64,000 bases of DNA from Candidatus Zhuqueibacterota bacterium (GCA_049322915.1 JBMOPW010000045.1:1-64000), one strand, 5' to 3'. Counted from the first letter of the stretch, positions 19,071-28,543 are shown. The notes: generated by a model from the letters alone, not told the origin. Translations and numbers: made by a program.

Positions 19071-21566
19071 ATGAAGAATCAACGTCACACATTTTTGATT
19101 TGCAGCATGCTCGCGTTGAACCTTGTTCTGTTCAATGGAGATCTGTTGTCGCAAATTACCATCAACAGCGACGATTATCCGTCGCAGATCGGAACCTATA
19201 TTGTCACGGAAGACGATACTGCAGATGTGGTACATGTCAATGTGGGACTGCCGGGGGAAAATCAAATCTGGTACATTCAGCAAGAAATTCCCGGCATTCT
19301 GACCCGGCAACTGGTGGTGGATAAAGCCAATACGCCCTATCTTGCTGATTTTCCTGATGCGAATCTGGTGACCCGATATGCCGGAGAACTTGGTTTTCTG
19401 GTTCATAGCTATTACTTCGATGATGTGGATGGGCTGTTTTATTCGTATCAGAAAATAAACGCAGACAGCCTCATCATCGCTGGGATTGGCGTTGATTCTT
19501 CCCAGGCAGAGTATGAAGATGTCTACCTGAATTTTAAAGGGCCAGTCGATTTGGAGCCAGACCTGCTGCAATTCGCCTTCCCATTGGTGTATGAAAAATG
19601 GTGGGAAACGGCTTCGCACAGCACTGTCGAAGTGGATACTATGCTGTACGGCATTTGGACGAATCTGCGGACTGAAGTGCGCGACAGCATTTACAACGTC
19701 GTGGATGGCTGGGGCACGGTGGTGTTGCCGCAAGCCAGCTTCGCGTGTCTGCGCGTTAAAAGCTTTATCTTATTAAGTGAAATGATGTACACCAATGGTG
19801 TGCTGTTTCGCGAACGGCATACCCGAACAATTAACTACACCTGGGTCACTGAAGAATCGGGAATCGTCGCCCGAATCATGAGTCACTCGGACGAACCGGA
19901 TGAAAATTTCACCGAGGCGAAACAGATTTCCCGGTTGCACATGTTCAATCCGAGCGTGAATGTCTCGCTCGCCGACACAATTGCCGCGCCGGGGGAATCG
20001 GTCATAATGCCGGTTCGCGTCTCCTCCATGACGGATCTGGATATCGTGAAAGCGCAGATGGATGTGAGCTTTGAAAAAGGAATTATCCAATCGCTGGAGA
20101 TTGTCACGGAAGGGACACTGACGGCTTTGTGGCAGTCACCGATGTTGTCCGGGACATCCAGCGGCGTTACTGTCTCACTGCACGGCGACGCGCCATTGAC
20201 CGGCCAGGGGATCCTTTTTTACCTGAAATTGGTCGTTGCTGAAGGCGCCGGCGATTTGGCGCAGACAGCAATTGGAATCGACAATCTGCTCGTTGAGCAC
20301 GATGGGCCTGTTTTCACTATCCAGCCGGGACGGCTCACCGTGGCGCACACGTATGATATTTCCGGCGCAGTCAAATATTATTCCGGCGACAGTCCGATTG
20401 ACCGCTCTACCGTGTATTTGAATGAAAAAAGCACGGTCACAGGCGCCGATGGCGGATACGAATTTTCAGTCCTCCCCAGAGGGAATTATTCCTTGAAGCC
20501 CATGAAAGATGGCGATTTGAAAAACAGCATATCCGCGTTCGATGCATCCCTGATTTTACGAGCTAACGTTGGCGCTGTTGACTTGCTCCCGTACCAAAAA
20601 ATTGCCGCTGATGTTTCCGGCAACGGCAGCGTCACTGCCTATGACGCTTCCATGATCCTGAGATACTCAGTTGGCCTTATTTCTGAATTTACAGTCGGTG
20701 ATGATTGGCGGTTCGTACCTTCGGATTTCGCCATTGATCAGACAAACTGGAATGCGACACCGCGGCAGATCGACTATTCGCCATTGGCTGAGACAAAGAT
20801 CGCTCAGAATTTCACGGGGATTGTTTACGGCGATGTTTCCGGAACCTGGTCTGCGAATGGCGCGAAGATGAATGCCCTTTATCGGCCGTACACGGGCATC
20901 GGATCGCTTCGCTTCGGTGAACTCACGGAGTCCAAAGACAAAATCACTGTACCGTTGGTGATAACTTCAGATTGCGAAATCCTCGCCGCGAGCTTTGAAA
21001 TCAGAACGCCGGGTCAGCCGCTTGAATTCGCGAATCTGGCGCTGAATGCCGAAACGCCAGCGATGCTGATGGAGTTCTCGGAGACGGATGGCGTCATTCA
21101 AGTGGCGCTTGCAAGTCCTGAAAAAATGAATGAAATTGAAAATCTGCTCAGCCTCGAGTTCGTGAAAAAGCATGAAACGCCGGGCCATGTGCCGGAGGTG
21201 AAGATCACCAACATCCTCCTGAACGGGGGATTGGTTCAAACACAGCATTCCGATGAACTTTCACTGTCTGACCAGACTCAGCCGCTGAAATTCGAACTGC
21301 TTCAGAATTATCCCAATCCCTTCAACTCCAGCACCTGCATCCGCTATAGTTTGCAGGACAGAAGGTATGTTCGAATTTCAATTTTCAATGCTCTGGGGCA
21401 GACCATCAGCGTGATGGACGAGGGCTATCAGAACGCCGGGACGCATGAAGTTCGCTGGGCAGGGAAAAATTCCCGGGGGAACGATGTCCCATCAGGCATC
21501 TATTTTTATGAACTGGAATCTTTTGGCGCGGATCGGGAAATTCGAAAGATGGTATTGATTCGATAG
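19071..21566 (+). CDS. Secreted protein: paralogous N-domain, cohesin, Ig-like, dockerin-like, second cohesin-like domain and T9SS CTD
   Basis: N-domain clearly homologous to the previous gene; PGESVIMPV...PLTGQGILFYLK; duplicated ISAFDASLILR and ADVSGNGSVTAYDASMILR; QNYPNPFN. Confidence 0.78.
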   Translation: MKNQRHTFLICSMLALNLVLFNGDLLSQITINSDDYPSQIGTYIVTEDDTADVVHVNVGLPGENQIWYIQQEIPGILTRQLVVDKANTPYLADFPDANLVTRYAGELGFLVHSYYFDDVDGLFYSYQKINADSLIIAGIGVDSSQAEYEDVYLNFKGPVDLEPDLLQFAFPLVYEKWWETASHSTVEVDTMLYGIWTNLRTEVRDSIYNVVDGWGTVVLPQASFACLRVKSFILLSEMMYTNGVLFRERHTRTINYTWVTEESGIVARIMSHSDEPDENFTEAKQISRLHMFNPSVNVSLADTIAAPGESVIMPVRVSSMTDLDIVKAQMDVSFEKGIIQSLEIVTEGTLTALWQSPMLSGTSSGVTVSLHGDAPLTGQGILFYLKLVVAEGAGDLAQTAIGIDNLLVEHDGPVFTIQPGRLTVAHTYDISGAVKYYSGDSPIDRSTVYLNEKSTVTGADGGYEFSVLPRGNYSLKPMKDGDLKNSISAFDASLILRANVGAVDLLPYQKIAADVSGNGSVTAYDASMILRYSVGLISEFTVGDDWRFVPSDFAIDQTNWNATPRQIDYSPLAETKIAQNFTGIVYGDVSGTWSANGAKMNALYRPYTGIGSLRFGELTESKDKITVPLVITSDCEILAASFEIRTPGQPLEFANLALNAETPAMLMEFSETDGVIQVALASPEKMNEIENLLSLEFVKKHETPGHVPEVKITNILLNGGLVQTQHSDELSLSDQTQPLKFELLQNYPNPFNSSTCIRYSLQDRRYVRISIFNALGQTISVMDEGYQNAGTHEVRWAGKNSRGNDVPSGIYFYELESFGADREIRKMVLIR

Positions 21567-21609
21567 ACATTCACTCAGTGGTGCTCATTTCAAGAACAGG
21601 ATAGTCATT

Positions 21610-22566
21610 ATGCCATTCTCAAAAGAGTCCGTGCTCCTGGATATCGCTGTGGAGACGGAGAAGATTGTAACAAAGCTTCGCGCCGACGTCGCGCACACGT
21701 TGAAGAAACGGGGCGCTGTTGTCGGAATAAGTGGGGGAATCGATTCCTCGGTCGTGTTAGCGCTGTGCGCGAAGGCGTTCGGCCCACAGAAAGTGTTCGG
21801 CGTGATGATGCCGGAAAAGGATTCCAGCTCGGATAGCTTCATCCTGGCAAAATCGCTCGTCAGAAAATTCAGCGTCGATTATGTGCTGGAAGATATGACC
21901 CCGGCTCTGTACGGTTTCGGAACTTACGCCAGAAGAGATGAAGCGATCCGGCAGATTTTCCCGGAATATGATGTCAGCTACAAAGCAAAGATCGTTCTGC
22001 CGAAGAATATACTCGAAAAAGACACGCTGAATGTCTATCATCTCACGATCATTGCGCCAAACGGGGAAGAGAAGACAAAGCGAATCCCGATAAAGGAGTA
22101 CCTGCAAATCGTCGCTGCTTCCAATTTTAAACAGAGAAGCCGCATGAGCATGTTGTACTATCACGCGGAACGGCTCAATTATGCCGTGATCGGGACGGGC
22201 AATAAAAATGAGCATGAGATGGGTTTCTTCGTCAAATACGGTGACGGCGGCGCTGATGTCAAACCAATCGCCCATCTCTTCAAAAGTCAGGTGTTTCAGT
22301 TAGCGGCGTTTCTGGGCGTGCCTGATGAGATTCAGAGCCGAACTCCGACCACGGATACCTACAGCGCAGAACAAACTCAGGAAGAGTTCTTTTTCAAATT
22401 GCCTTTCGAAATACTCGATGCCATCTGGTTCGGCTGGGAAAAAGGCCACTCTCCGGAAGAGATCGCCGCAGGCCTGAATTTATCGACAGCGCAAGTGCAA
22501 TTTGTGATCAATGACATTAAGCGGAAAATCGCTGCTACGGAATACCTGAGAATGATGCCGATTTAA
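21610..22566 (+). CDS. nadE: NH3-dependent NAD(+) synthase family protein (polysaccharide-locus paralog)
   Basis: SGGIDSS PP-loop, NFKQRSRM, GTGNKNE, GFFVKYGDG and KSQV motifs. Confidence 0.85.
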   Translation: MPFSKESVLLDIAVETEKIVTKLRADVAHTLKKRGAVVGISGGIDSSVVLALCAKAFGPQKVFGVMMPEKDSSSDSFILAKSLVRKFSVDYVLEDMTPALYGFGTYARRDEAIRQIFPEYDVSYKAKIVLPKNILEKDTLNVYHLTIIAPNGEEKTKRIPIKEYLQIVAASNFKQRSRMSMLYYHAERLNYAVIGTGNKNEHEMGFFVKYGDGGADVKPIAHLFKSQVFQLAAFLGVPDEIQSRTPTTDTYSAEQTQEEFFFKLPFEILDAIWFGWEKGHSPEEIAAGLNLSTAQVQFVINDIKRKIAATEYLRMMPI

Positions 22567-22620
22567 TTCAGACAGGCGTATGTAATTACCGGCGATTCGC
22601 TTGGTTGGTGATTAAAAATT

Positions 22621-22654
22621 AAAACCTCAGTCCATGAAAGATTGAGGTTTTTTT
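22621..22654. terminator. Bidirectional intrinsic terminator between convergent genes
   Basis: AAAACCTCAGTC-catgaaa-GATTGAGGTTTT followed by further T. Confidence 0.8.
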
Positions 22655-22684
22655 ATTTCAGCACGGGCGAAATGAAGAGATTGC

Positions 22685-23323
22685 TCAACGCACTAATACC
22701 ATTTTTTTGACGTCCCAGAAGTCGTCGGCGTCGATTCGATAGAGATAAATTCCAGTCGCTGCCCTGCGACCGTCTGCTGTTACTCCATCCCAGAGCGCCG
22801 AATGGAGACCTGCCTGAAGGGTGGCGTTCGCGAGCACCCGAATCTGCGAGCCGCTCACATTGTACAAGGTTATTTTCACGCGCGCGCTGCCGGGCAGGTA
22901 ATAAAAAATCAAAGTCGAGCCATTGAACGGATTGGGATAATTTTGAAACAGCGCGAAATCATCGGGCTGAAATGAAGTGAGCGATCCGAATATCTGGCAC
23001 AGCGTGGTATCGATGATGTTCGAGAAGCCACTTTCATTCCCCAAAAGATCAACAGCGGTGGCGGCATAATAATAATGCTCGCCCCAGGACAGGTCGGTGT
23101 CGATGTAAAGTGTGTCCGGGTGGTTGACCGTGGCGACTCTTTTAAATTTCAATGTGTCAGAAGTTGTACGATAGATGGCGTAGTAGGAGATATAGCGATT
23201 CGGATTCGGGGACCACGCAAGCGTGAGCGATTGAGACTGTGCAGAACGAGAAGACATTGGAAAAATGACGAACCACCCCAGCAACCACATGACACATTTG
23301 ATTACGATTGTGTATCGATCCAT
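22685..23323 (-). CDS. FN3-like domain plus T9SS/FlgD-type CTD protein
   Basis: LTLAWSPN...YYYAATAVDLLGNESGFSN; QNYPNPFN...KKMVLVR. Confidence 0.8.
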   Translation of the reverse strand: MDRYTIVIKCVMWLLGWFVIFPMSSRSAQSQSLTLAWSPNPNRYISYYAIYRTTSDTLKFKRVATVNHPDTLYIDTDLSWGEHYYYAATAVDLLGNESGFSNIIDTTLCQIFGSLTSFQPDDFALFQNYPNPFNGSTLIFYYLPGSARVKITLYNVSGSQIRVLANATLQAGLHSALWDGVTADGRRAATGIYLYRIDADDFWDVKKMVLVR

Positions 23324-23608
23324 GATACAACCATCTTTTCTGGAATCAAATGGCGCATTAAAATAATGGAAATATTTTATGGGGTAAACTGGAATTCTTC
23401 AATTTAGTTCCAGGAATTTTTTCATCGCGGCAAAGACAGGCGCTCGTTGAAATCGCCAGCCCGGGTATAACGCCAAAATGCAGATCCCATGAACTATGCT
23501 TGCTTCGAATAGTTCATGGGAGTCGCCTGAAATTGCTGTTGCCTTGAATCATCGAGTGCTGTTCTTTCATTGCCAGGGAACGCGAAAATGGTGTCTGGCT
23601 GGAATCCG

Positions 23609-24511
23609 TCATTTCACCAGAGTCATTTTTTTCAGGCTGGCGTGTTCATTGATTTTGATTTTGTAATAATACACGCCCGACGCTAAACCGTCACCAGTCT
23701 CGCTTAATCCGTTCCAATGAAAAGAGTGACTTCCCGCCTCCTGTAGTTTGTTGACAGCATTGAGAACGCGCTCGCCGTTCATGTTGTAAATGACCAGTTG
23801 CACTTGACCCGCCTCGGGGATGGAGTAGGAAATGCTCGTGCCAGCGTTGAATGGATTGGGATAATTCTGCCCCAGGTAAAATTTGTTCGGCACATTCACC
23901 GAGACTTCATTCACGTTGGATAGGGCAAAGTCGCCATTGAAATCGATTTGCTTGAGGCGGTAAAAATAGGTGCCGGCGTCCAGGTTTTCATCGCTGTACT
24001 GGTAATCCCTGGGTTCGTTGGTGGTGCCGTTGCCATGAACAAAACCGATCTTTTCAAAATTGCTGGTGTTTTCGTGGCTTCTCTGTATTTCGAAACCGAA
24101 ATTGTTCTGTTCAGTGGTCGTCGTCCAGGTGAGAAGTACGTTGCTCTCAAAAACCTGGCACGTAAAACGGCTCAGCTCAACCGGCGAGGTGTTATGCATG
24201 AGCGTGTCGATGACATTGGAGAAGCCGCTCTCGTTCCCGGAGTTGTCAATGGAGGTCGCCGCGTAGAAATAGGCATTTCCAAATAACACGGCATCATCGA
24301 GATAAATCGTATCCGGGTGGTTGATTGTGGCGATCAGTACGAAATTGGTATCGCTGTGGATGCTCCGGTAAATTCCATACGAGGCGATTTCGGGATTCGC
24401 GCTCGGCGACCAGGCAAGTGTCACAGTCTGTGAGAGCGACCGGGAGTTCATCATAAGCCCCACGACGATCAGGAATAACGTACGAATCAGATTCTTTTGT
24501 AATGCATTCAT
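23609..24511 (-). CDS. FN3-like domain, Ig-like module and T9SS CTD protein, paralog of 22685..23323
   Basis: VTLAWSPS...YFYAATSIDNSGNESGFSN; PVELSRF module; QNYPNPFN; GAGGTG RBS. Confidence 0.82.
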   Translation of the reverse strand: MNALQKNLIRTLFLIVVGLMMNSRSLSQTVTLAWSPSANPEIASYGIYRSIHSDTNFVLIATINHPDTIYLDDAVLFGNAYFYAATSIDNSGNESGFSNVIDTLMHNTSPVELSRFTCQVFESNVLLTWTTTTEQNNFGFEIQRSHENTSNFEKIGFVHGNGTTNEPRDYQYSDENLDAGTYFYRLKQIDFNGDFALSNVNEVSVNVPNKFYLGQNYPNPFNAGTSISYSIPEAGQVQLVIYNMNGERVLNAVNKLQEAGSHSFHWNGLSETGDGLASGVYYYKIKINEHASLKKMTLVK

Positions 24512-24590
24512 GGTTTCACCTCAATCTCAGTTCAGTCCTTGTGCGGTTTCATTTCCGGTTCAGAGAGAGTAAGCATCTGAAGAGTCTATT

Positions 24591-24636
24591 CACAAATCGT
24601 ATGCCAGGACGGTGTTCCAGGTATAACCCGTTGATA
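24591..24636 (-). promoter_or_regulatory. Putative sigma54 -24/-12 promoter with adjacent IHF site
   Basis: Minus strand TGGCATACGATTTGTG (24606-24591; GT instead of GC at -12) and TATCAACGGGTTA (24636-24624), a match to WATCAA-N4-TTR. Confidence 0.55.
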
Positions 24637-24961
24637 ATCAGCGTTTAACCAGAATGGCGCCTGAACAGTGTCACAGGTTCTAGACACAAATTTGAAAATG
24701 AAGATTTCATGTTCGTAATGAGAATATCGGAAGAATGTTGAATAATTTTAATAATTATAATTGCCCCGGCAGAAGGGCTGAGAATTTGATCAAAGTGAAG
24801 ATGAGAATGGTGCAGCACTGATCCTGGGTTCGCAATAGTGGATCACTGTCTGTCAGAAGTTAGATGTTTGAGGCAGTTAGCGCGGGCAGCCCGATTGAGT
24901 TGTGGAGCCGGAGAAAGAGTTTGAATGAGAATCCGATAGGGGAGTCGGCTGTTGCAGAAAT

Positions 24962-25008
24962 AAAAAACGGGATTCACGCTGGCATGCAGCAGCCAGGTTT
25001 ATCCCGTT
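24962..25008 (-). terminator. Intrinsic terminator after the GH13 gene
   Basis: Minus strand AACGGGAT..CTGGC..GCCAG..ATCCCGTTTTTT. Confidence 0.65.
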
Positions 25009-25036
25009 CTTGAGTCGACTTATGGGAGTTACAATA

Positions 25037-28000
25037 TCAATCCTGTGTGGCGGAATGGCTCCGGACCAGGTGAATCAATTGTTCGATTTTGAAATCCGAG
25101 GCGTTTTCCGCGTCCCGGATTTTCTGTAAAATCGCGGTCATTTCCCGAATGCGTTTCAGCGCCGCCCGGTTGTTCAATTGAGAATCGCTGATGATAGTGA
25201 CCAGTGAAATGACCATCAGGCCATCCAGGAGCATATCAAAAGTCTCTTTGTTGAACCAGAGAATTCCATTGTAGCGGTTCATCCCGATAAAGGTCTGAAC
25301 CTCGTTATCCCGGAGCAACGAATGGAGAACCTGATCCGCGGGATCGCCCGGCGTCCCATCGAATGAATTCCAGTTCTGGTGCGTGGTGAGCACTTTGATG
25401 AGATTCATGGTCGATAGTACCTGCTGCTCGGTCAGTCCCAGTTCCTGATAAACGCTGGTGAGTATTTTGCCCAGGAGCAATTCATCGATCCAGCTTCGGC
25501 TTTGCTGCTCGAACTGGCGTAACCCGATGATCTTGCCCAGAGAGTGCACAATGAGCCAACCAAAAAGCCAGGCCCACATGGGAGTCAATTCCGAATTATT
25601 GGTCTTCAAATAGTTTGTTACATGTTTCAATTCGCCTGATTTGATTGAGGGATAGCGATGCTCCACAGTTGCCAATGCCAGCATGCCCTTCAGCTCTTGC
25701 AGCCATTCGGCTGTCAACTGTTTTTCGTCCGATTTCCCGCCGGAATAATTCTTGACCTCATTCATAAGGGACATCATCTTTTTTCCCAGGTCGGCCAGCA
25801 ATGTTTCATCCAGTTTTTTTCGAGGAGACGTCAGTCGGGCATTGAACAACTCGCGGAAAACAGACGCGTTCGCAACGGCTTTGAACGGGATGTGAATCGG
25901 CGCTAAAAAGATTTCCTTCATGGTTTCTTCGATGTTGGGAACACCGCGGCCATTCAGGTAAGAGGCGATTTGAGAGTACTGCCGCCACTCGTTATCCTGA
26001 ACTTCGCGGAACTCACTGAAGACATGATATTTGAAGGCTTCGAGCTCGACGTATAGACCTTGCTCAAAAATATCATGACAATTGCGGATGTATTCGAGGC
26101 CGCTGATGATATCTTTGAAGATACAAAAATAGCCATGCCTGTCCGTCAGGACAAGTCCCTCGCCCAGGGTTTTTTGAATGATTTTTCGTTCATCGCCATC
26201 GCCGGCCTTCACTGAAAAACCAACCGATGTCTTGATCCAGCCCTGCGCTCTGGCATATTTATTGTGATAAACGACCAGCGCGCGTTCCTGACCCACACGA
26301 TTGGAATAGGCGAATACATTTTCATCCACAAATCCCTGAGGTGTGAAAACATCGTAAAGCAGGAAGTTATCCACGCCGGAAAATATATAACGCCGGCGCA
26401 GCAGTGGGAAGATTTCCCGTTCATGCCGCTGAATGAGGTGCTCCGATGGCCGCTCATCCCAATAGGCGCGTCGGTACTCCATGCCATATTTTTCTGTGAA
26501 TCCTTCCACCTGACCGTGTCCGAACATGGGCAGCCCTGGCATGGTGGCCATCACAGCGCAGACGCCAAAATATTTATCATCCTGACCAAATTGGGCGATG
26601 GCCGTGTCTTCGTCCGGATTGCTCATGAAATTGACGAACCGCTTCATGATTTCCGGATTGAACTCCAGTGTGTTTTTAATTGCGCTGCGATATTTGCCGT
26701 TCTCCTCGGTTTTGAGCATGTTCATAAACGCGCTGTTGTACACCCGATGCATGCCAAGCGTCCGGACGAAAAAGCCTTCGAGCAGCCAGAATGCTTCGGC
26801 CATGAGCAGCGTATCCGGCACTTCGCGGGTGACCCGATCCACCACTTCCCGCCAGAATTCCTGGGGCATCAATTCGTTGAACCGATCGACGGTCAGGCCA
26901 TGGGCTGCGCGCGAGGGAATATCGCCGCCGGTACCCGGATCCGGATACCACAGGCGCTTGAAATGTTTCTTTGTGAGCGTCATGGCCGCGTCAAACCGGA
27001 TGATGGGAAAATTTCGGGCGACATGCAGGATTGTTTGAATGACCGCTTCCCGCACGTCCGCGTTCAGATAATTCAGTTGCGCTGTGTCGCTCCAGGGCAT
27101 GCTGGTGCCATCGTTGCCGTGATAAATGTAGGTTGTGTTGCCTGTCCAGTAATCGACTCGTTTGAAAACGACGGCCGCGTCGGTGCGATTGAAGTAATGA
27201 TCTTCCAGATAAATTCCCACGCGATTATCCCAGGAGACGTTGGGGCCGTTGAAGGTGTAGGATGGAAACGGGCTATGGTCCAATTGGATGAACCAATCCG
27301 GATGCTCGATGACCCATTGGGCATCGATACCCACGTGATTGGGCACCATGTCGCCGCTCAAACGAATTCCGCGCTGCCAGGCGCGATTGCGCAATTGATT
27401 GAAGGCGTCCCAGCCTCCCAGATCGTCGGAGATTTCGTAGCTGAGCAGGGAATAGGCCGAGGCCTCTGCCTCAGGATTCCCGCACATCTGCTTGATTTTT
27501 TTGGATGCCCTGCTGCGTTCCCAAAGCCCAATGAGCCAGATCGCCGTAAAGCCCCACCCGGCAATGGTTTCTAACTCGTTGTCCGGCACCTGGTCCAATC
27601 GGTGAATCGAGCGTTGGTATTTTTTAGATAACTGATCCAGCCAGACATAGGTGTTTTTAGCGAGGAGGACAACCTTGGGCATCCAGTCCAGGTCCTGACT
27701 GAATTTCTCAGATTCGACCTGCAAGCTGCTGTATTCATAGATATAACTCGGACCCGGGCCGAAGAAGCCCATCTTTTGTTCTTCGCGTATTAAATCGAGG
27801 CCGCTGAGCAAGCGGTAAAAATATTTACCGAGCAGAAAGCCCCAATGTTTTCGGATGTACTCAAGCTGTCCACTCAGGGAATGCGGTTGGGCGATGGCCG
27901 GGCTGCGAAGCATATCGATGATATTCTGATTATCCGGCCCGAAATGCGGCGCCTCGTCGAAGAAATCGTGCAGTCCTGCAAGAACTGAGGAATAGCATGT

Positions 28001-28543
28001 GTTCTGCTCGAGCGCCGTATCATCGAATAATTCCATGAATGAGGTGTAGGCCGGATTCATATTTGAAATCCAGAGCATTATCATTTCTTCGAGAATGAAG
28101 TAGGTGTGCGGTACGCCGTTCGTTGCGCCAGTTAAATATTCCCGCGCTGTCTGTTCTCCCTTATAAACGGCGCGTGGTGGGAAGTCCTCGATGAACTTGA
28201 TGAACGCGTTATCCAGTTCCTCAGAGCCGAATTTCCCGGTCAGCCAGTGGAGCGCTTGTTCCAGCATGGAGATGTTTTTCTCCTCCTGAAACAGCGTGAA
28301 AACATAATGGAAAATTTCACCAATCAGCCCCATGGCGTTGATATCGCCGGCTTTGATGGCATGCTCGGGGTTGGAGACAAGGTCGCGCTTGTCATTCATT
28401 GTCTTGGCAAAGACTCGCACAGCATAGAAATTTGAAAAGATTATTTCATCTTTGGTAGAAAACAGGGAATCATCGAATTGATAATAATCGCGGGAGGAGC
28501 GAGAAATATGAAACTCTAATAGAATCGGTCTTTTGGGGCTCAT
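25037..28543 (-). CDS. Large alpha-amylase (GH13) family glycoside hydrolase
   Basis: DMVPNH, IRFDAAM (nucleophile), MAEAFW (acid/base) and SNPDE motifs; start placed at ATG 28543 with GGAGA RBS. Confidence 0.85.
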   Translation of the reverse strand: MSPKRPILLEFHISRSSRDYYQFDDSLFSTKDEIIFSNFYAVRVFAKTMNDKRDLVSNPEHAIKAGDINAMGLIGEIFHYVFTLFQEEKNISMLEQALHWLTGKFGSEELDNAFIKFIEDFPPRAVYKGEQTAREYLTGATNGVPHTYFILEEMIMLWISNMNPAYTSFMELFDDTALEQNTCYSSVLAGLHDFFDEAPHFGPDNQNIIDMLRSPAIAQPHSLSGQLEYIRKHWGFLLGKYFYRLLSGLDLIREEQKMGFFGPGPSYIYEYSSLQVESEKFSQDLDWMPKVVLLAKNTYVWLDQLSKKYQRSIHRLDQVPDNELETIAGWGFTAIWLIGLWERSRASKKIKQMCGNPEAEASAYSLLSYEISDDLGGWDAFNQLRNRAWQRGIRLSGDMVPNHVGIDAQWVIEHPDWFIQLDHSPFPSYTFNGPNVSWDNRVGIYLEDHYFNRTDAAVVFKRVDYWTGNTTYIYHGNDGTSMPWSDTAQLNYLNADVREAVIQTILHVARNFPIIRFDAAMTLTKKHFKRLWYPDPGTGGDIPSRAAHGLTVDRFNELMPQEFWREVVDRVTREVPDTLLMAEAFWLLEGFFVRTLGMHRVYNSAFMNMLKTEENGKYRSAIKNTLEFNPEIMKRFVNFMSNPDEDTAIAQFGQDDKYFGVCAVMATMPGLPMFGHGQVEGFTEKYGMEYRRAYWDERPSEHLIQRHEREIFPLLRRRYIFSGVDNFLLYDVFTPQGFVDENVFAYSNRVGQERALVVYHNKYARAQGWIKTSVGFSVKAGDGDERKIIQKTLGEGLVLTDRHGYFCIFKDIISGLEYIRNCHDIFEQGLYVELEAFKYHVFSEFREVQDNEWRQYSQIASYLNGRGVPNIEETMKEIFLAPIHIPFKAVANASVFRELFNARLTSPRKKLDETLLADLGKKMMSLMNEVKNYSGGKSDEKQLTAEWLQELKGMLALATVEHRYPSIKSGELKHVTNYLKTNNSELTPMWAWLFGWLIVHSLGKIIGLRQFEQQSRSWIDELLLGKILTSVYQELGLTEQQVLSTMNLIKVLTTHQNWNSFDGTPGDPADQVLHSLLRDNEVQTFIGMNRYNGILWFNKETFDMLLDGLMVISLVTIISDSQLNNRAALKRIREMTAILQKIRDAENASDFKIEQLIHLVRSHSATQD

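Noticed and set aside
26264..27574. 436-aa + strand ORF, and many similar 60-270 aa ORFs elsewhere
   Set aside because: Entirely antisense to well-supported genes with no recognisable motifs; shadow ORFs
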